Shown here: piece by piece, positions 24,673-39,123 of the stretch
How the letters are laid out: every line of letters begins with the position of its first letter
Position numbering within the stretch: the first letter of the stretch is position 1
Assembly (NCBI RefSeq): GCF_006345805.1
Contig: NC_042999.1
Span: 33,170,001-33,234,000 of the forward strand
Reading direction: 5' to 3'
DNA from: Octopus sinensis
Taxonomy: Eukaryota
Length of the DNA: 64,000 bases
Translations under genes and position numbers: made by a program
Notes under the pieces: generated by a model
What the model was told of the DNA's origin: nothing
Databases searched by the model: none
What the model saw: only the letters and a program-made list of their open reading frames with translations

Positions 24673-26938
24673 CAAAATGTTTGTGTGTGTGTTTTTGATG
24701 CGTTTCCACATGTTTCCTCCGATTTTGATGATGTTTTATTATTTAACGGAATATTTACCCAGGAAAGTCACTTCAGCATTACCTATATCTTGAGATACCC
24801 GCTTCTGGGAGAAAAATCGATTAAACTGAAGAGACCCACCTCACTTCTTGCAAAACAAAGCAAATGTTGCACGCGAGGAAATTATTCACGGGAATGTCCG
24901 ATTTTTTTAAATATTTTGGTGTGAGAAGGACCGTGATGTTGAGATATTTCAGGCAAATATTTTGGCTCGAAGAAAACTGCAGAAAACTGAATGAAAACTG
25001 ATTTTTCGCAGTTTTGCAAAGTTACACGGTAGAAAATTTTTTTTACAGGAAAGTCCGATTTCCTTGGTTTTTATGAGTAAAAACCACCATGTAACGGCGG
25101 TTCAATCAAGTATCTGTTCAATGTCCAAAAGCATTCCTCTGTGACAAAAAGGTGTGAAAAAGTATGAAAAATCGACATTTTCCAAGTTTTGCATCATGAG
25201 AAGGGCCAGATACTTTACTTTTCCAGCTCTAACGCTGTTCGGCTTGCACAAGAACACAAGGACACCGCGCTCATGGCCTTCTGCAGACTATGCACTAATT
25301 ACCCCTTTGCCAAGACCCTCCTGTATCCCCAGGTTCCATCATATTACATTTGGAAAAAGGAAACACGCATTTGGGAATGAAGGAAACAAGGACAACCTGT
25401 CGAGGAATAGCCAAACTTAAAATCTTCCCCCACACTTGAAAGAGATTACACAGTTCACCCTAACCAACAGGAATGTTTTTACCTTCGCCTACTGCTCCAT
25501 GAGGTCATGGGGCCGACACATTTCGATGACCTGAAAAGATTCAACGGTGAATTTTATGCTACATACCACGAAGCTTGCCTTAAACGCGGCCTGCTAGAAG
25601 ACGGCGGTCAGTGGGAAGCAGCTGCAATACGCTCGGCGAAGAGTCTTCGAAAGCTCTTTCAGTGCTATTGCAAACATGCGAAATAAGTGATCCTGTATGG
25701 GAGAAATATAAGGAAGACCTTTCAGAATACTACCGCTACCAAGGACAACTCTGTTGCTACACTTGAACGTCGGTTTCAACGATAAATTCTTCAACAGAGG
25801 ACTCATCGACATTAAGGACAGCCTGCTTACTGTGGGCGGTAACGACCTTTTATTTTACGGTCTATCGAAAGTCAGCAGAACGGGCTCGCACACACTACCA
25901 AGATGCGTTATCCAGGAAACAGCCAACGACGTCGATGCTCTTCAACTATACATCAATGAAAATGAGCCGAATTTGTTTCAGAACCAGCAGAACGTATACA
26001 ACGATGTCTACACTTCTATTCGTGAACGCAAAGGAGGTATTTTCTTTTCAGACGCCCCTAGCAAAACATTCGTGTCTAAACTTCGGCCTGAAAAAGTATG
26101 CCAGCAAGAGGGGATCGGTTTAGCAGCCACGACGTAAGTGCTTCAAACACTCGTTCAACGTTTCTGCGTCCAAATCAGCCACCTGCAATATTACAAAAGA
26201 CTCAGATAAAGCAGAAGTGCTGCGAAGGTGCCAGTTCATTGTGTGGGACGAATGCACCATGGTACATAAAGGATCTCTTGAAGCAATGGACAGGACCCTG
26301 AAAGACATCAGAGGCTGCTTTAGCTCCATGAGACTCGTTTTCCTTCTTCTCTCTGTTTATATCAGACAAACACTACCCGTAATTCCCAAAGATAGCAGAG
26401 CCGACAAATTATCGGGCGACAACTTTTCTAAGCAACTTTTCACCGTTGGTAATGGTAAAGATCGCTCCGATGCAGCTGAAGAGATGGTTGTCTCACACGT
26501 AGGCACACCTGTGCACACTGTGGACGACCTTACGACTGCCATTTTTTTCCGATCTGCACATAAACTACCAAAACATGCTTTGGCTTTGCGAAAGAGCCAT
26601 ATTAGCTCCCAAAACACGTTAGTTGCGAAACTCAATGAAAATTTGCTGCTAAGCCTTCCTGGAAACCTTAACACTTACAAGTCTGTGGACACTGTTGTGG
26701 ACCAAGAAGAGACCGTTAATTGCTCCACAGAATTCTTCAAATCCTTGGACCCTTCCGTACTACCGCCTCATCAACTACACTTCAAAATTGGAACTACGGT
26801 CATGCTGCTGAGGAACATGGAACCACAACGTATGTGCAACGGAACGTAGTTAGTTGTAAAAAATGTTCTGCCTCATCTTATTGAAGCAACACTTCTCATG
26901 ATTTGCAGCATCAGAGACAGCGTAGTTATACCTAGGAT
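24660..26938 (+). mobile_element. Decayed autonomous Helitron (Rep/PIF1-like helicase pseudogene)
   Basis: Motifs FAKTLLYPQVPSYYIW, YTVHPNQQECFYLRLLLHEV.GPT.FDDLK, YHEACLKRGLLED, IVWDECTM..KGSLEAMDRTLKDIR, RQTLPVIPK and LPPHQLHFKIGTTVMLLRNMEP.RMCNGT, with frameshifts, stops and deletions. The 3' end is missing. Confidence 0.92.
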
Positions 26939-26953
26939 ATATATATAAATATA

Positions 26954-28363
26954 CAGTTGCGGCTAAACCCATGGTGGCCAAAAGGATTAGAACGGTTGAA
27001 AAAATAACAAAATAATCAAAAGGTGACAGAGAATGCTGGAATTATTTCATATTTAGTGCGAAGCCCTTTAGCTTCAATCAAAGTTTGACATTTTTGACTG
27101 TATGAGGAAATTAAATTTTCAATTTCTTGCTGGAGGATCTTATTTCATTCTTCCTGAAGGGCATTCCATAATTGCTCGGTTGTTTTAGGATTTCTGGCTT
27201 TCAAACGTTCTCCTAGAATATTCCACACATTTTCAATAGGATTGAGGTCTGAGCTTTGAGCAGGCCAATCCATAACAATAACATTTTCAGCCTTGAGGAA
27301 GTTCATGACCACCTTAGCCTTGTGACATGGGGCATTGTCCAGCATGAATATGGGTGGTCGCTTAGTTGAATTTCTCAGCACAGGCAAGACATGATCTTTT
27401 ACAAGTTGTTTATAAACTCCTGCATTTACCTTTCCATGTAATCGCAGCAAAGGGCCTACAACATCTCCAGATACCATCCCCCAAACCATGACACTTCCTC
27501 CACCGAATTTAACACTAGTCTTAAGGCATTTAGGTGACAATTTTTCACCTGCTTTTCGACGAACGTACCTTTTCCCATCTGAGCCAAATAACATAGACTT
27601 AGATTCATCACTGAAATGCACCGTTTGCCATTTTTCTTGAGACCACAACACATGCTCGGTTGCAAAGGTAAGACGACACTTTTTTATTCTTGGAGTTGAT
27701 CAGTGGCTTCACTGGAGGTGCTCTTGCTTGTAGGTCATGTTCAACTAAAGGACGAGACACAGTTTTTCGAGATAAATTTTGCTTCAGTACCATGCTCATT
27801 TCCCGAAAAAACAGTTTTAAATCTGTCCTTTTTAACCAACTTTACCATAGCACGATCTTCTCTCTTGGTCGTTTTTCTTGGATTACCTGTAGACTTTCTT
27901 GCTTCACACGAACCACAATCATCGAAGACCTTAAGAATACCGTGAACAACACTTTTTGACTTGTTAGCAATCTTTGCAATAGACCTAATACTTAAATAAT
28001 CCTTCTTTCGAAGCTTAATAATCTGCTGACGAATTGGTAACGGAGTAAGTGGCATTATATTAACAAAGTACACTGCAGATATTCTTACTAATGTTTAGTA
28101 AACGAACTGTCACGTAAACAAATTCAAAACAGAGTTCGACGGTTAAATATACTAAAACATGGAGTAAAACAACCGTTCTGATCATTTTGGCCACCATGGG
28201 TTTTGCAGTAATTCACTATATCATCCATAACTTTTGTATTATCTTCTCAAATTACACCAAAATCCCAGACAATATCAATTAATATTGTATTTATTGTCTG
28301 TAAAAGCTTGTACTTACTTTTCTGACGAAAACAATGCCATTCTGAACATTTTGGCCGCAACTG
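26954..28363 (-). mobile_element. Tc1-family (DD34E, IR/DR type) DNA transposon, non-functional
   Basis: Termini CAGTTGCGGC...GCCGCAACTG flanked by TA. Inner direct repeats (cccatggtggccaaaa.gat.agaacggtt) at ~26968 and ~28171-28200. Confidence 0.93.
27048..28055 (-). pseudogene. Tc1 transposase pseudogene
   Basis: HTH region SIRSIAKIANKSKSVVHGIL, then GNPRKTT.REDR, HFSDES, KFGGGSVMVWG and DNAPCH...WPAQSSDLNPIENVW (34 residues between D and E). It is split by frameshifts and a premature stop. Confidence 0.92.
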
Positions 28364-28411
28364 TATATATAGATATATATATATATATAGATATATATAT
28401 ATATATATATA

Positions 28412-28647
28412 TATAAATAATTTACAAGATAAGGGCAAAAGAAAAATTCTAATATTCCGAAAAAAAGACAAAACTTTTCAATAAACATTATAATTTATGC
28501 ATCTCCAAAAAAATTTCGGGACTATAAATTTCTATCGGTTTGTTTGGAGACGCATAAATTATAATGGTTATTGAAAAGTTTTGTCTTTTTTTCGGCATAT
28601 TTGGCATTAGAATTTTTCTTTTGCCCTTATCTTGTAAATTATTTATA
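28412..28647. repeat. Near-perfect inverted repeat (~100-bp arms, ~30-bp loop)
   Basis: tataaataatttacaagataagggcaaaagaaaaattctaat... is the reverse complement of ...attagaatttttcttttgcccttatcttgtaaattatttata. Confidence 0.9.
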
Positions 28648-28788
28648 ATTTTAACCTTTAAAGGTATCTTTTGATATGCTGGCCATTGATAAAAAAATTT
28701 TCCCGAAAAAAATTTTATCCTATATTAGTTATATATATATATGTATATATATAATATATATATATATATTATATATATATATATATAT

Positions 28789-28820
<32 letters not shown>

Positions 28821-29663
28821 ATACACACACACATTGTTCTATACTAGCATGGCAAAATTAGCCTAAAAAATAGACTCAATTCATCCGTGATAAATTCCCA
28901 GCCGTACAACCTTGAGAGGAATCATGACTTGCGTATAAATTGGCACAAGAAGAAACTTTACAGAAGCTCGTGGTATAGCTTGTGCTTGTAATTCAAATTT
29001 ATCAAACACTGTGCGATGCTGAATCTGCAGTAAAACTACCTGTGTCTGTAGAATTCTCTGCAACCTACAGGGCTGTTCGTTTAATAACTAATTCACTTGA
29101 TCGAAATACTCAGTGCTGAAGATCTGATATTGGTGTTGATATAACCATCCATGGTACTATATATATAAATCTGCACTGACCTGTAATCCTCATACTTGCA
29201 GCATCTGCCGGTTTCTTCACAAATCGAAGGGCGAACTAAAATTTCAAATTCAACATAATCATTATGATTGAGAAAGGAGTGTAGGTTCTCGAATTCTCGT
29301 ACGTCGAACCGACGGGGGAGAGAGAGAGAGAGACTGACGGAGAGAGACATACAGAGACAGTGAGGCTCGGATCGGTGTCATAATTGAAATGGCATAGACG
29401 AGAAAATTACTTAATACTTCTAAAGATATAAAACTTTTATAATCTAGTGCATTATAAAACTTTTCATTTTTAAATTCGAATGTTTTTGAAATAATACAAA
29501 ATTGTCATACAGATTAATGAATATTTTACAATGTATAGATTTAAACGTAAAACTCTGACAGTATAACTTCTTTTCTCGTTGGCATTGTATTTGAAGTGGC
29601 TTCCAAAGATTTTAAATATATAAATTTTTGAATAAGTAATTTCGGAATGGAAATCTCATATTT

Positions 29664-29708
<45 letters not shown>

Positions 29709-31285
29709 CATACATATATATATTATAAGAATATTTTTATGTGAACATTGCAATTGCCTTTCCGTATTGTTAATGATCTGACAGATATAATGCAAAATAC
29801 ATTGGATATCAATATATAGTTATTTAAAGTTGAAACAATTGAAAATAAGTTAGACTTTATCTCAGGTGGTATTTGAAATCGCATATCAATTTTTTTTGTG
29901 TGTTTTTTTCATAAGACATTTAACTTCCACTCAATGTGCAAGTTCCATTGTCATAGAGTTTTAAATAATTTATTGATTTGACCGTAAAATATACCGTGAA
30001 GCTTGATGAGTATACACTTCTTGGAAATGATGTAAACTTAGATATATTGGAAGTGAAAATGAGGAACGCCAACACTTATATTTCTATGCATTTTCAGCAT
30101 CAGATCCTCGGCAACTTCGGTGTTTTCTCTATTAGAGCTTTAGAGGAGAAGGCAATATTGAGTGTTAAAATTACACCGCAGCAATTCATTTCGTACATGT
30201 ACAAAAATTACTGGCCCTCGTTGACAATACCGTAGAGTCCCTGGTCGGAAAGGATATTGGCGGCTCCACTACGAGCTTCTCTGACAACTCTCAGCCGAGA
30301 TATTTTTCATGCAACCGGCTCTGAAATACATTATCGTATATAAACATGACTGAAATAAAAAAATAATCACATTTATTGATCATTTTGTTAAACACTTAGA
30401 TGCTGAGGTACTACTGTACACTATCTCTAAATTCACGATCTGATGTTTCCTCAGGGATTGCACCAGCATTTCCACTGCCAAATGAAAATTGCCCACGGCT
30501 ACCCGCCGTTATATGTGTTAATATCACTACACCGCCGCAGGAATATTACTGAAACACATTCTGCGACACTGAGCCAGATGCTCGCTTTTAATGCACCATT
30601 TTAGTTCTCTTTCGTGCCAGATGCAATGGATAGAATTCTCTGTGGCATCTAACAATTTTCAGTCACAGCTAGTCCTTTGTGCATTAGTGTCCAGTAACTA
30701 TATCTACCTGAAGGATATTGTTAACTATTCACTTTTATCTACTTTTTCCCCAGGTTGGGCTTTAATGGCAAAAAAGAAAGAAATGATATTTAGTCACATG
30801 CTCAGTAGGGACCTTAGAATTTCCTTCCCATTTTAAATCAATTGTCAATATAGGGGCCTATTTCTTCCAAATCATTTACATTTGATCAGGGATAATTATT
30901 TTCCTTCGAAATGTAAAGCCATTCTGAGATATGTATCAGAAACATATTAATTTAAACGTGTTCCTACACTATTAAAAAAAAATCAAAATGGGTAAATATT
31001 ATCCTTTAAGGATATAAAGTAGTTCGTTTATGATATGAATATACCATTGAGTCAAATCTTTACTGTGATGACCATACAGTATGCAGTGTTCAAATATTGT
31101 AAAGCTTTAAAATTGGTAGCGGTAGAAATGAATAATATGATTTCAATGAAAATGTTTGCATATACACGAACAACAATCCGATGAAACTAAATTGTAGGCG
31201 AATATTTAGTTGAAATACGTTAGAAAAATTATGTAATTCGTATGAAATTTACACATACACGCACACACACATAAACACACACACA

Positions 31286-31370
<85 letters not shown>

Positions 31371-31449
31371 CACATGCTAATAAATTACCTACGTTGGACG
31401 CTTTTGGCTCTTTTGACAGCAATACCTCTCATACCAACAGTACCTCTCA

Positions 31450-31489
<40 letters not shown>

Positions 31490-31585
31490 TTATATATCTT
31501 ATCAATTTTTCAAAATCTTTTTCCATACACCCATTTTCATAAACATTTTCTCTCAATTTAGCATTCTGCCTTTTTACATTTTTTC

Positions 31586-31646
<61 letters not shown>

Positions 31647-32868
31647 TATATATATAATCTACAAGATGATTCGCATGGGAAGTTTAAGTAACATTAATGA
31701 TTAGTGATCTATCCTCATTCGAAATGCAATTAGAATCCAATAAATCAAACATAAATGGTCAGTTTAGAAATCTGCTTCTCAAAACCCCATATTTCAGGAT
31801 GAATTCTATAAATAATCGAAACGTAGCTATTTACTTATCTGTTAAACTTCAATCTCATAGGCACGTTCATTTCACAGTTTTCATTTTGAGTGCAACAAAT
31901 ATAATTTCTGGTTTCTATGACCGTTCATCCAATGCTTGCAATGGCACCATAATTAGCGATACACTCACTCCTCCTTACAAAAATATATATTTGCATATAT
32001 AATTACGTGTATTTGTGACTGTGTGTTTGTGTTGATAGTAGTCAAAAAAGACAGTGACATGGATATTGTTAGAGAAAATATTAGAGAATGCCATATGAGA
32101 ATGCGCAATGACATTTAAATATCCACTTCACTTTCATCCTTTGACTTCGCTGTATCTTAAATGATTAAGTAACTTCCACTCATACTGAGCCTCACTCATC
32201 TTAAAATCGTCTGCCTTAAATTTACCCTCTTACTTGGGTCCCTCACTTATTATATATACTGGGCTAGGTAAAGGAACAGCAAACTATTTATGTTAGTTTG
32301 ATGCTCAGTGAAAAATGGAAGAAAGGTTTGTTATTTCGAGCCAACATTCCTCTAAGCGGAGATGTACTGCAATTGTTTCCTCTAAGCAAAAAAAATGAAA
32401 ACACAAAACAGATGGAGAGAGGAGGAAATCAAAACAGATGGAGAGGTTGAGAATATAGTCGTGACCAGAAGTAAGATAGGTCTGAAAATTAGAATTTTTT
32501 CATTAAATACCCAAAGATATATTTCGTTTGCAATATATTATTATTTGGCCAAGAGATTAGAATATAGGTCGGAAAGAATTTGTAAATTAAATCCCCAACG
32601 TTAAATTTGGATCGAATTGTACTAGAGTATAACAATTTTAACTAACACTATTTTCCCCAAACATTTGACCGCGGCTATATTAAATTAAGAAGAAGGGAGT
32701 AGTTTGAGACAGTTTTCTCATGTCTAGCAAGGGAGACAACAGTGGTGCCAAAGCATGTTTGTGGATGTGAAAATGTGCTCGTGTGTGTGTGGATGTGTGT
32801 GCCAGTAGAAGTTGAATATACGCATACGCGTGTGTGTATGCCTTATATACATATGTATGTATATATAC

Positions 32869-32902
<34 letters not shown>

Positions 32903-32905
<3 letters not shown>

Positions 32906-33490
32906 TCTATCATTGGCGATATAGGTACTCATGTAGTACCCTTATGTATGTATGTACATATCTAATATTGTATGTATATATCTTATTAATTTGCCTGTAT
33001 GGCTAATAATTCGCTTACCACTTGTGAAGGTATTTTAACAATACCTTCCCTATATTTATTTATGAATGATTTTACGCATTTCGTTTGTTCGCACGGTGCT
33101 TGGTTACTTCAAACGAACTTTCGCAGATATGATGGGGGAGAATGTTAGTAGTTATTTAGCTGGCGGACTTCGGCTGATGAGAAATCACGCGCCTAGGTGG
33201 CGCTAAATTTCGAAACCGATACTGAGTTAACCAGCATTTACTCGTTCTGACCCATTTGAGGTGAGTCATTATTATTGTTCAATGATATTTTTCCTATCTT
33301 CTCTGAAATAGATTTGTGACTATTCGGTGGTACAGAAGAATTTTTCGACTTCTATCATTGGCGATATAGGTACTCATGTTGTAACCTTACGTATGTATGT
33401 ACATATCTAATATTGTATGTATATATTTTATTAATTTGCCTGTACGGCTAATAATTCGCTTACCACTTGTGATGGTATTTTAATTATACC
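32903..33490 (+). mobile_element. Terminally redundant Penelope-pLTR/retrozyme-like element (~445-bp unit plus a ~143-bp repeat) inserted in (TA)n
   Basis: Direct repeats acttctatcattggcgatataggtactcatg...ggtattttaa..atacc at ~32903-33045 and ~33348-33490, with a hammerhead motif between them. Confidence 0.75.
33166..33228 (+). ncRNA. Type I hammerhead ribozyme motif (probably an impaired copy)
   Basis: gacttcgg-CTGATGA-GAAAT cac GCGCC taggt GGCGC taa ATTTC-GAAA-ccgata-ctgagtt. The core is intact and stem II pairs. Stem I has 7 bp with one bulge. Stem III is one mismatch from the palindrome ACCGGT. Confidence 0.7.
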
Positions 33491-33491
33491 A

Positions 33492-33548
<57 letters not shown>

Positions 33549-36500
33549 CAAATAGACAAACACTTTAAAAATGAGAAGAAAAAGAGAAAAAGAAAGAAAG
33601 AAACGTGTGGACGTGCACACGGAATATATGAGACGTTCGGTGTTGAAAGAAAATAGCTCTTGTTAAAGTTTCAAGCATAGTTCTTCGACCGAAATGGACA
33701 TCACGGACTGGAACCAAGCCGGAGGCAAACCGAATAGGCTATTCCTGACTATATGTAACATTGTGTAAAAAGCATCTGTCAGTATGCCCGAACACATGCT
33801 AGTCACTGTCATAGACATCGATGTCCATCGCTTGTACTTGGGGCGAGTTGTCTCACTTGTCTATAACTTTGATATCAGGTATTCTCACACGTGGCCCTTT
33901 GAGAGAGTCATCTCGACCGGCGAAGAAGCAAAGTACATACATCGTGCATGTATGATCGGTAATGTTAACAACACATGCGCAGTTTCTAATTCACATTTGA
34001 ATATATATATATTCTCCTCCTTCTCTCTCTCTTTCTCTCTCCCACCATCCCCTTCTCTCTCTCTCTCTCTTTCCCTCTCTCTCTCCCTCTCTCTCAATCT
34101 CGAATAATAAATATACATTATTACATTTTTTCTTCCCGCAATCATATAACTATAGAACCGAAGCAATGTCAAGTAAACATACGTAAACACAATATTTGCC
34201 AAAGGGCGTACTATTCGTCAAATTCAAAATTAAGAACCATACACAAAGCCTATCAGTAATAGAGCAAAATCCGACCGGCTGTTTTCCTTTAGATGTATAG
34301 TTTTCTTTCATTTGTAATACAATATATCTTTTCAAATTCAGTTTCTTTTACTACATTACACTTTTGCACTAAACATACCTATTTTTCAGTCATTCATTAT
34401 ATAAATCAATACATAGGAATATCAACTCAAAATGAAGTAATAACTACAATCTGACAATGCTCGTAAACATATATAACTAACAATGACTCGAGCATTCATT
34501 TACAACTAATAATGCAGACGGAACTGCAATACAAACTAGGCAGACCAATAACATCAATCACTTTACAGTTTGTCGATGCTGTAAGTTCTATTATGATGGC
34601 GTAGCTACTTCGATACTTCATTATGGAAGAAAATATTAAAAATTGTCATTTTTTATTGTAATTCTTTGTATAGGTCCTGGTGTTTTGCATTGCAAAATGT
34701 TAATTATGAATGCACGAGATGAATTTCTAAACAAAATACCGTGCAACAAAAAGAACACAAAGTTGTTGCATAATTAGATTATATTTACAGTCGTTTCTAC
34801 CGGGCTTATTCGCACTTCTTTACTACATTTAAACTTGCGCAAGTGACTGCCGACGTTATCCCTCCTTTAATAAAAAAAAAATGATTAGCAATTATAGGAT
34901 AAAAAATCATTCTCTACTCATAGGAACAATAATTACTGTAGATTAATTATGAAGTACCTAGGAGTAGATAACGGAATATCTAAAATTTTCAAAATGCTTA
35001 AAATTCGAGATTTGTTCTAGTTACAATCACCAACAGTGAAATTGAATAAAAGAAGTTGCATAAAAATCCCCAAAAGAAAGAGTGAGCATGTCCAACTGGT
35101 CACAATGCAACAAAGGTTTTAATGAACAAAGAGTTAATCAACGATCTTCATTCACAAAAAATTGCCTCGTTTGATTTTAAGTTTATCGGTATCGATATCA
35201 TTATACGTCATTCCAATTAAATAATTCACGTTCTAATTTAATATTCTGAGGCTAGTATTCGTTACATCTTTTAGTTGGGGGTCAACTTCTCAATAAATTT
35301 GCAGGAAAATAAAATAGGATCAGCTATAGTTACGCAAAACAAAGAAACTATACATTCAATTCGGGAGGCTTAAAATGCTGCTTCCTATGTAATTGCTGTG
35401 TCAAAAATATGTTAACCATGTATATTAGCATGCGTGACTTCAACCTTTTAAATAATCACCAATGCATAAATTATGAGTAACCAACGTGAAGTGATTGCAT
35501 GATGGGACTTCAGTTAAACGAAGAGGTATTACTTTTTTTCTGTAATACATCAACAATTTAATAATCAATTTTAATTCATCAAATACAATTTATAATACTT
35601 TCATTAGAAACTTTGAACAAATATTTGTCATTGAAGAATATGTAGCACGGATTAATAACAGAAAGAGCGCATATACAATTTATAGCAGATTCACTTGTCA
35701 ATAGAGCCAAAACAAGGATTTTCTGATTACTCACTAGAATAACTATGAAAGGGACAATATAAAAGAGCTTAAAAAGTATCATGCATCTACAAACGTAATT
35801 AAGAAAATCAGAAACATAAGCATCAATTCAGTGGTACTAGTTCAATACGCACAATATTTTGCACACCGAAACACCGCATCAACTTTGCAACTGACTTCTG
35901 ATCGCAACATCTTCAACCTTGAACGACGTTATGTATATTCGTCATTCAGTCGTCTAGATCTATCAAACTACGGCCACTAAATCCCAACCCTAGCGCGCAT
36001 AAATTTATAATCGTTATTACAATTCAAGGGGAAAACAAATACAGACTATCAGAGGAGCCTACTAGTTCGCATGGCAACAATTATAAAGGAATGCCTTCAC
36101 ACATTTTACTGTCATCGCCTTTTAATGAATAATCTTGTTTGATATCTATGACACCTGCTAATTATTTCAACATTTCCTAGTAATTAATTTTTATATCACA
36201 TAAGAATATTTAGAATTTTTCTGTTCACATAATAGGTCTTCAGAGAATGGCCCGGTTGCACCATTACAGAACATTGTACGACATTAGATCTTAAGTGATA
36301 CCAACAATACACAGTTTTCATTACGTTTACTTAAACCATTAATAGTGTGTTTTATTCATGTTATTTTAGTGCTATTAATATTTTGTTTTAAGCCTGTTCC
36401 AGTGGTGGATAAATTCTCGGTAATAGGATACGTTATTATTACAGCTTATGTTTGCTAACATTTTTATATTCCAGTTGACACTCCTCATTTGTCCATTATT

Positions 36501-36864
36501 GTTTCATTGATAGTAAATGCACGTTCCGCTACATTTTATTTCTGTCTGTTTTAGATATCACAAGGGTGTTTACGATGATACTGCATTTATTAACGAATAC
36601 TAAGTTTATTAAAAATGCATTGCTCTATGTATGTATGTATGTATGTACATATGTATGTATGTATGTATATATGTATGTATGTATGCATGTATGTATATAT
36701 ATATATATGTACACATACATATATATATATAAATATAATATATATATAATATATATACATATATATATACACATACATACATAAATATAATATATATATA
36801 TATGTATATATATATATGTATGTATATATATATATATACATATATATATATACATATATATATA

Positions 36865-36939
<75 letters not shown>

Positions 36940-37880
36940 CAGAGAGAGAGAGAGAGAGAGAGAGAAAATAATATTTTCTTGAAGGCAGCACAGGCAATGT
37001 CTAAAAGAACATAATTAAAATACAAATTCGAAACCTATATTAAAACATATATTCTGTATAAAATGGAAATAAAATTCCAAAATACATAGATATATATAAA
37101 TAGACAAATGTCGATGCACGACTGAAATTACGCAATATTCCTTTTGTAAGTACATTTAAAAATATAATACTTTAATATGATGAAAATTAAATTTTTTTCT
37201 TGAGAAGATTAAGAATTAAAAAAAACTTTCTGGGTATGTAGATGTGTTTACGAACTTTGTGAAACATCCTGATGATGGGAGTGCCATGATAATAATATGA
37301 AATATGCCATAATCCTTGGCACATCTAGGAAACAGCCCGTAGGTGTGATTTTTATATTTTTCTTTCGTTATTTTTAATGTCTGCTTTATCCATAATCTTC
37401 TCAAGAACAATTTTCAATTTTAATCATACTAAAGTATTATAATTTTAAATTTACTTACAAAAGAAATTTTCCTTAAATTCGATCGTGTTTTACGTATTGC
37501 ATCGGCATTTGCCTATATATATATATATATATATATATTCTGGAATTTTATTTCCATTTTATAGAGAATAGAGAATATATATATTTATGTAAGTTTCGAA
37601 TATGTATTTTAATTATGGTCTTTTAGACATGAAAATATTTCATGTTGCCTCCATGAAAATATTGTGCATTTATAGAAGGGAAACAGGTTGAATCTTTCTT
37701 CTCCACATGTTTCTAAGTGTTTACTTTGTAGAAATATTTGTAGCTCTAGCTGTCACATATGTTGTCGGTGTATTCTGGCTCGTTGTTAATAAATATTTGT
37801 GTCTGTACAACCATCCAGATCTCTGAACCCCTTACATTTTTCTAATATATAACATTTTTACATCACCTCCAAAGCTTCTA

Positions 37881-38010
<130 letters not shown>

Positions 38011-38219
38011 TCTTAAAATTAATATTGGTTAGAAAAAACATAGAACGACGCTTCATAGCAAAATTCTCCCCCAGACTGAATTGTTTCGCAAAATTTACAT
38101 CTAAGAATCTATTAGAGTAGATGAAAGCGCTTATATGTGATTTGTAAAAGCATGTAACATGTTGATACATATTTGCATATGTACAACCATCCAGATCTTT
38201 GAATACCTTATTTTTTCTA

Positions 38220-38256
<37 letters not shown>

Positions 38257-38295
38257 AACACCTGTTTATACATGCACACACACATACACACACAG

Positions 38296-38345
<50 letters not shown>

Positions 38346-39039
38346 ATATATATATATATATATGTATGTATGTATATTCCATATATATATGTGCATCTGC
38401 GTATTATACATATGCATAAATTTATTTATCATAATTTAATAATACTATGAATAGTCTTTATATAGTTCGTATCATTGTTTACTTCCCCTCGTATATATAA
38501 TTGCGTATGTAGAAAGAGTTGAGAGGAGAATGAGAAACGAAACGAGGAAAACGTTATGACTTTATAGCGAAGTAAATGTCACTTAGAACTGAGATAAGAA
38601 ATTTACCAGCTTGAAAATAACGAAAACTCCAAAAGTTTAGAAAATTTAGTTTACAGCTCGCAAAAGTTATAATTAATGAAACAATTAAAAAATGCATTGA
38701 AAATATAGCGCTTTATTTGTGACTCATGCATTTTTTATAACATGGACACCATTATTTCTTGTATTTTATATCTATTTATTATACGATGACACTTCTGCAT
38801 CAATAAATATTTGAACGTGTTGTAGTTTGATAATCTTTGCAAGTTATATTTATTATTACTACTTCAATTGATGTTTAAGAAAACTATGTTGAAATCACAT
38901 ATTAATGCATCGAAAGGCCTGGTGAAAGTATGGCAATCTTAGTTATTGCAATTTAAAAATTCATTGGATTACTATTGCATATATTATCTTGAATTTGAAG
39001 ATGTTAAGGATGCCATTCGTATTGTTGTTGTTGTTCTTC

Positions 39040-39068
39040 TTCTTGTTGATGATGGAAATGATGACGAT

Positions 39069-39123
<55 letters not shown>

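Noticed and set aside
26217-26849. 210-aa ORF resembling a host PIF1 helicase
   Set aside because: It is collinear with Helitron Rep motifs, lacks an intact Walker A and is frameshifted, so it is a transposon relic.
29978-30836. 85-aa and 81-aa ORFs; the minus strand has IHCIWHERE, reminiscent of a hAT transposase motif
   Set aside because: No recognisable domain or clear splice pair. The hAT similarity rests on one short motif and is too weak to call.
36566-37014. Numerous [15 protein letters not shown] and poly-I/D/M ORFs across the window (e.g. 5184, 39068, 47029, 58334)
   Set aside because: They are translations of stop-free microsatellites, not genes.
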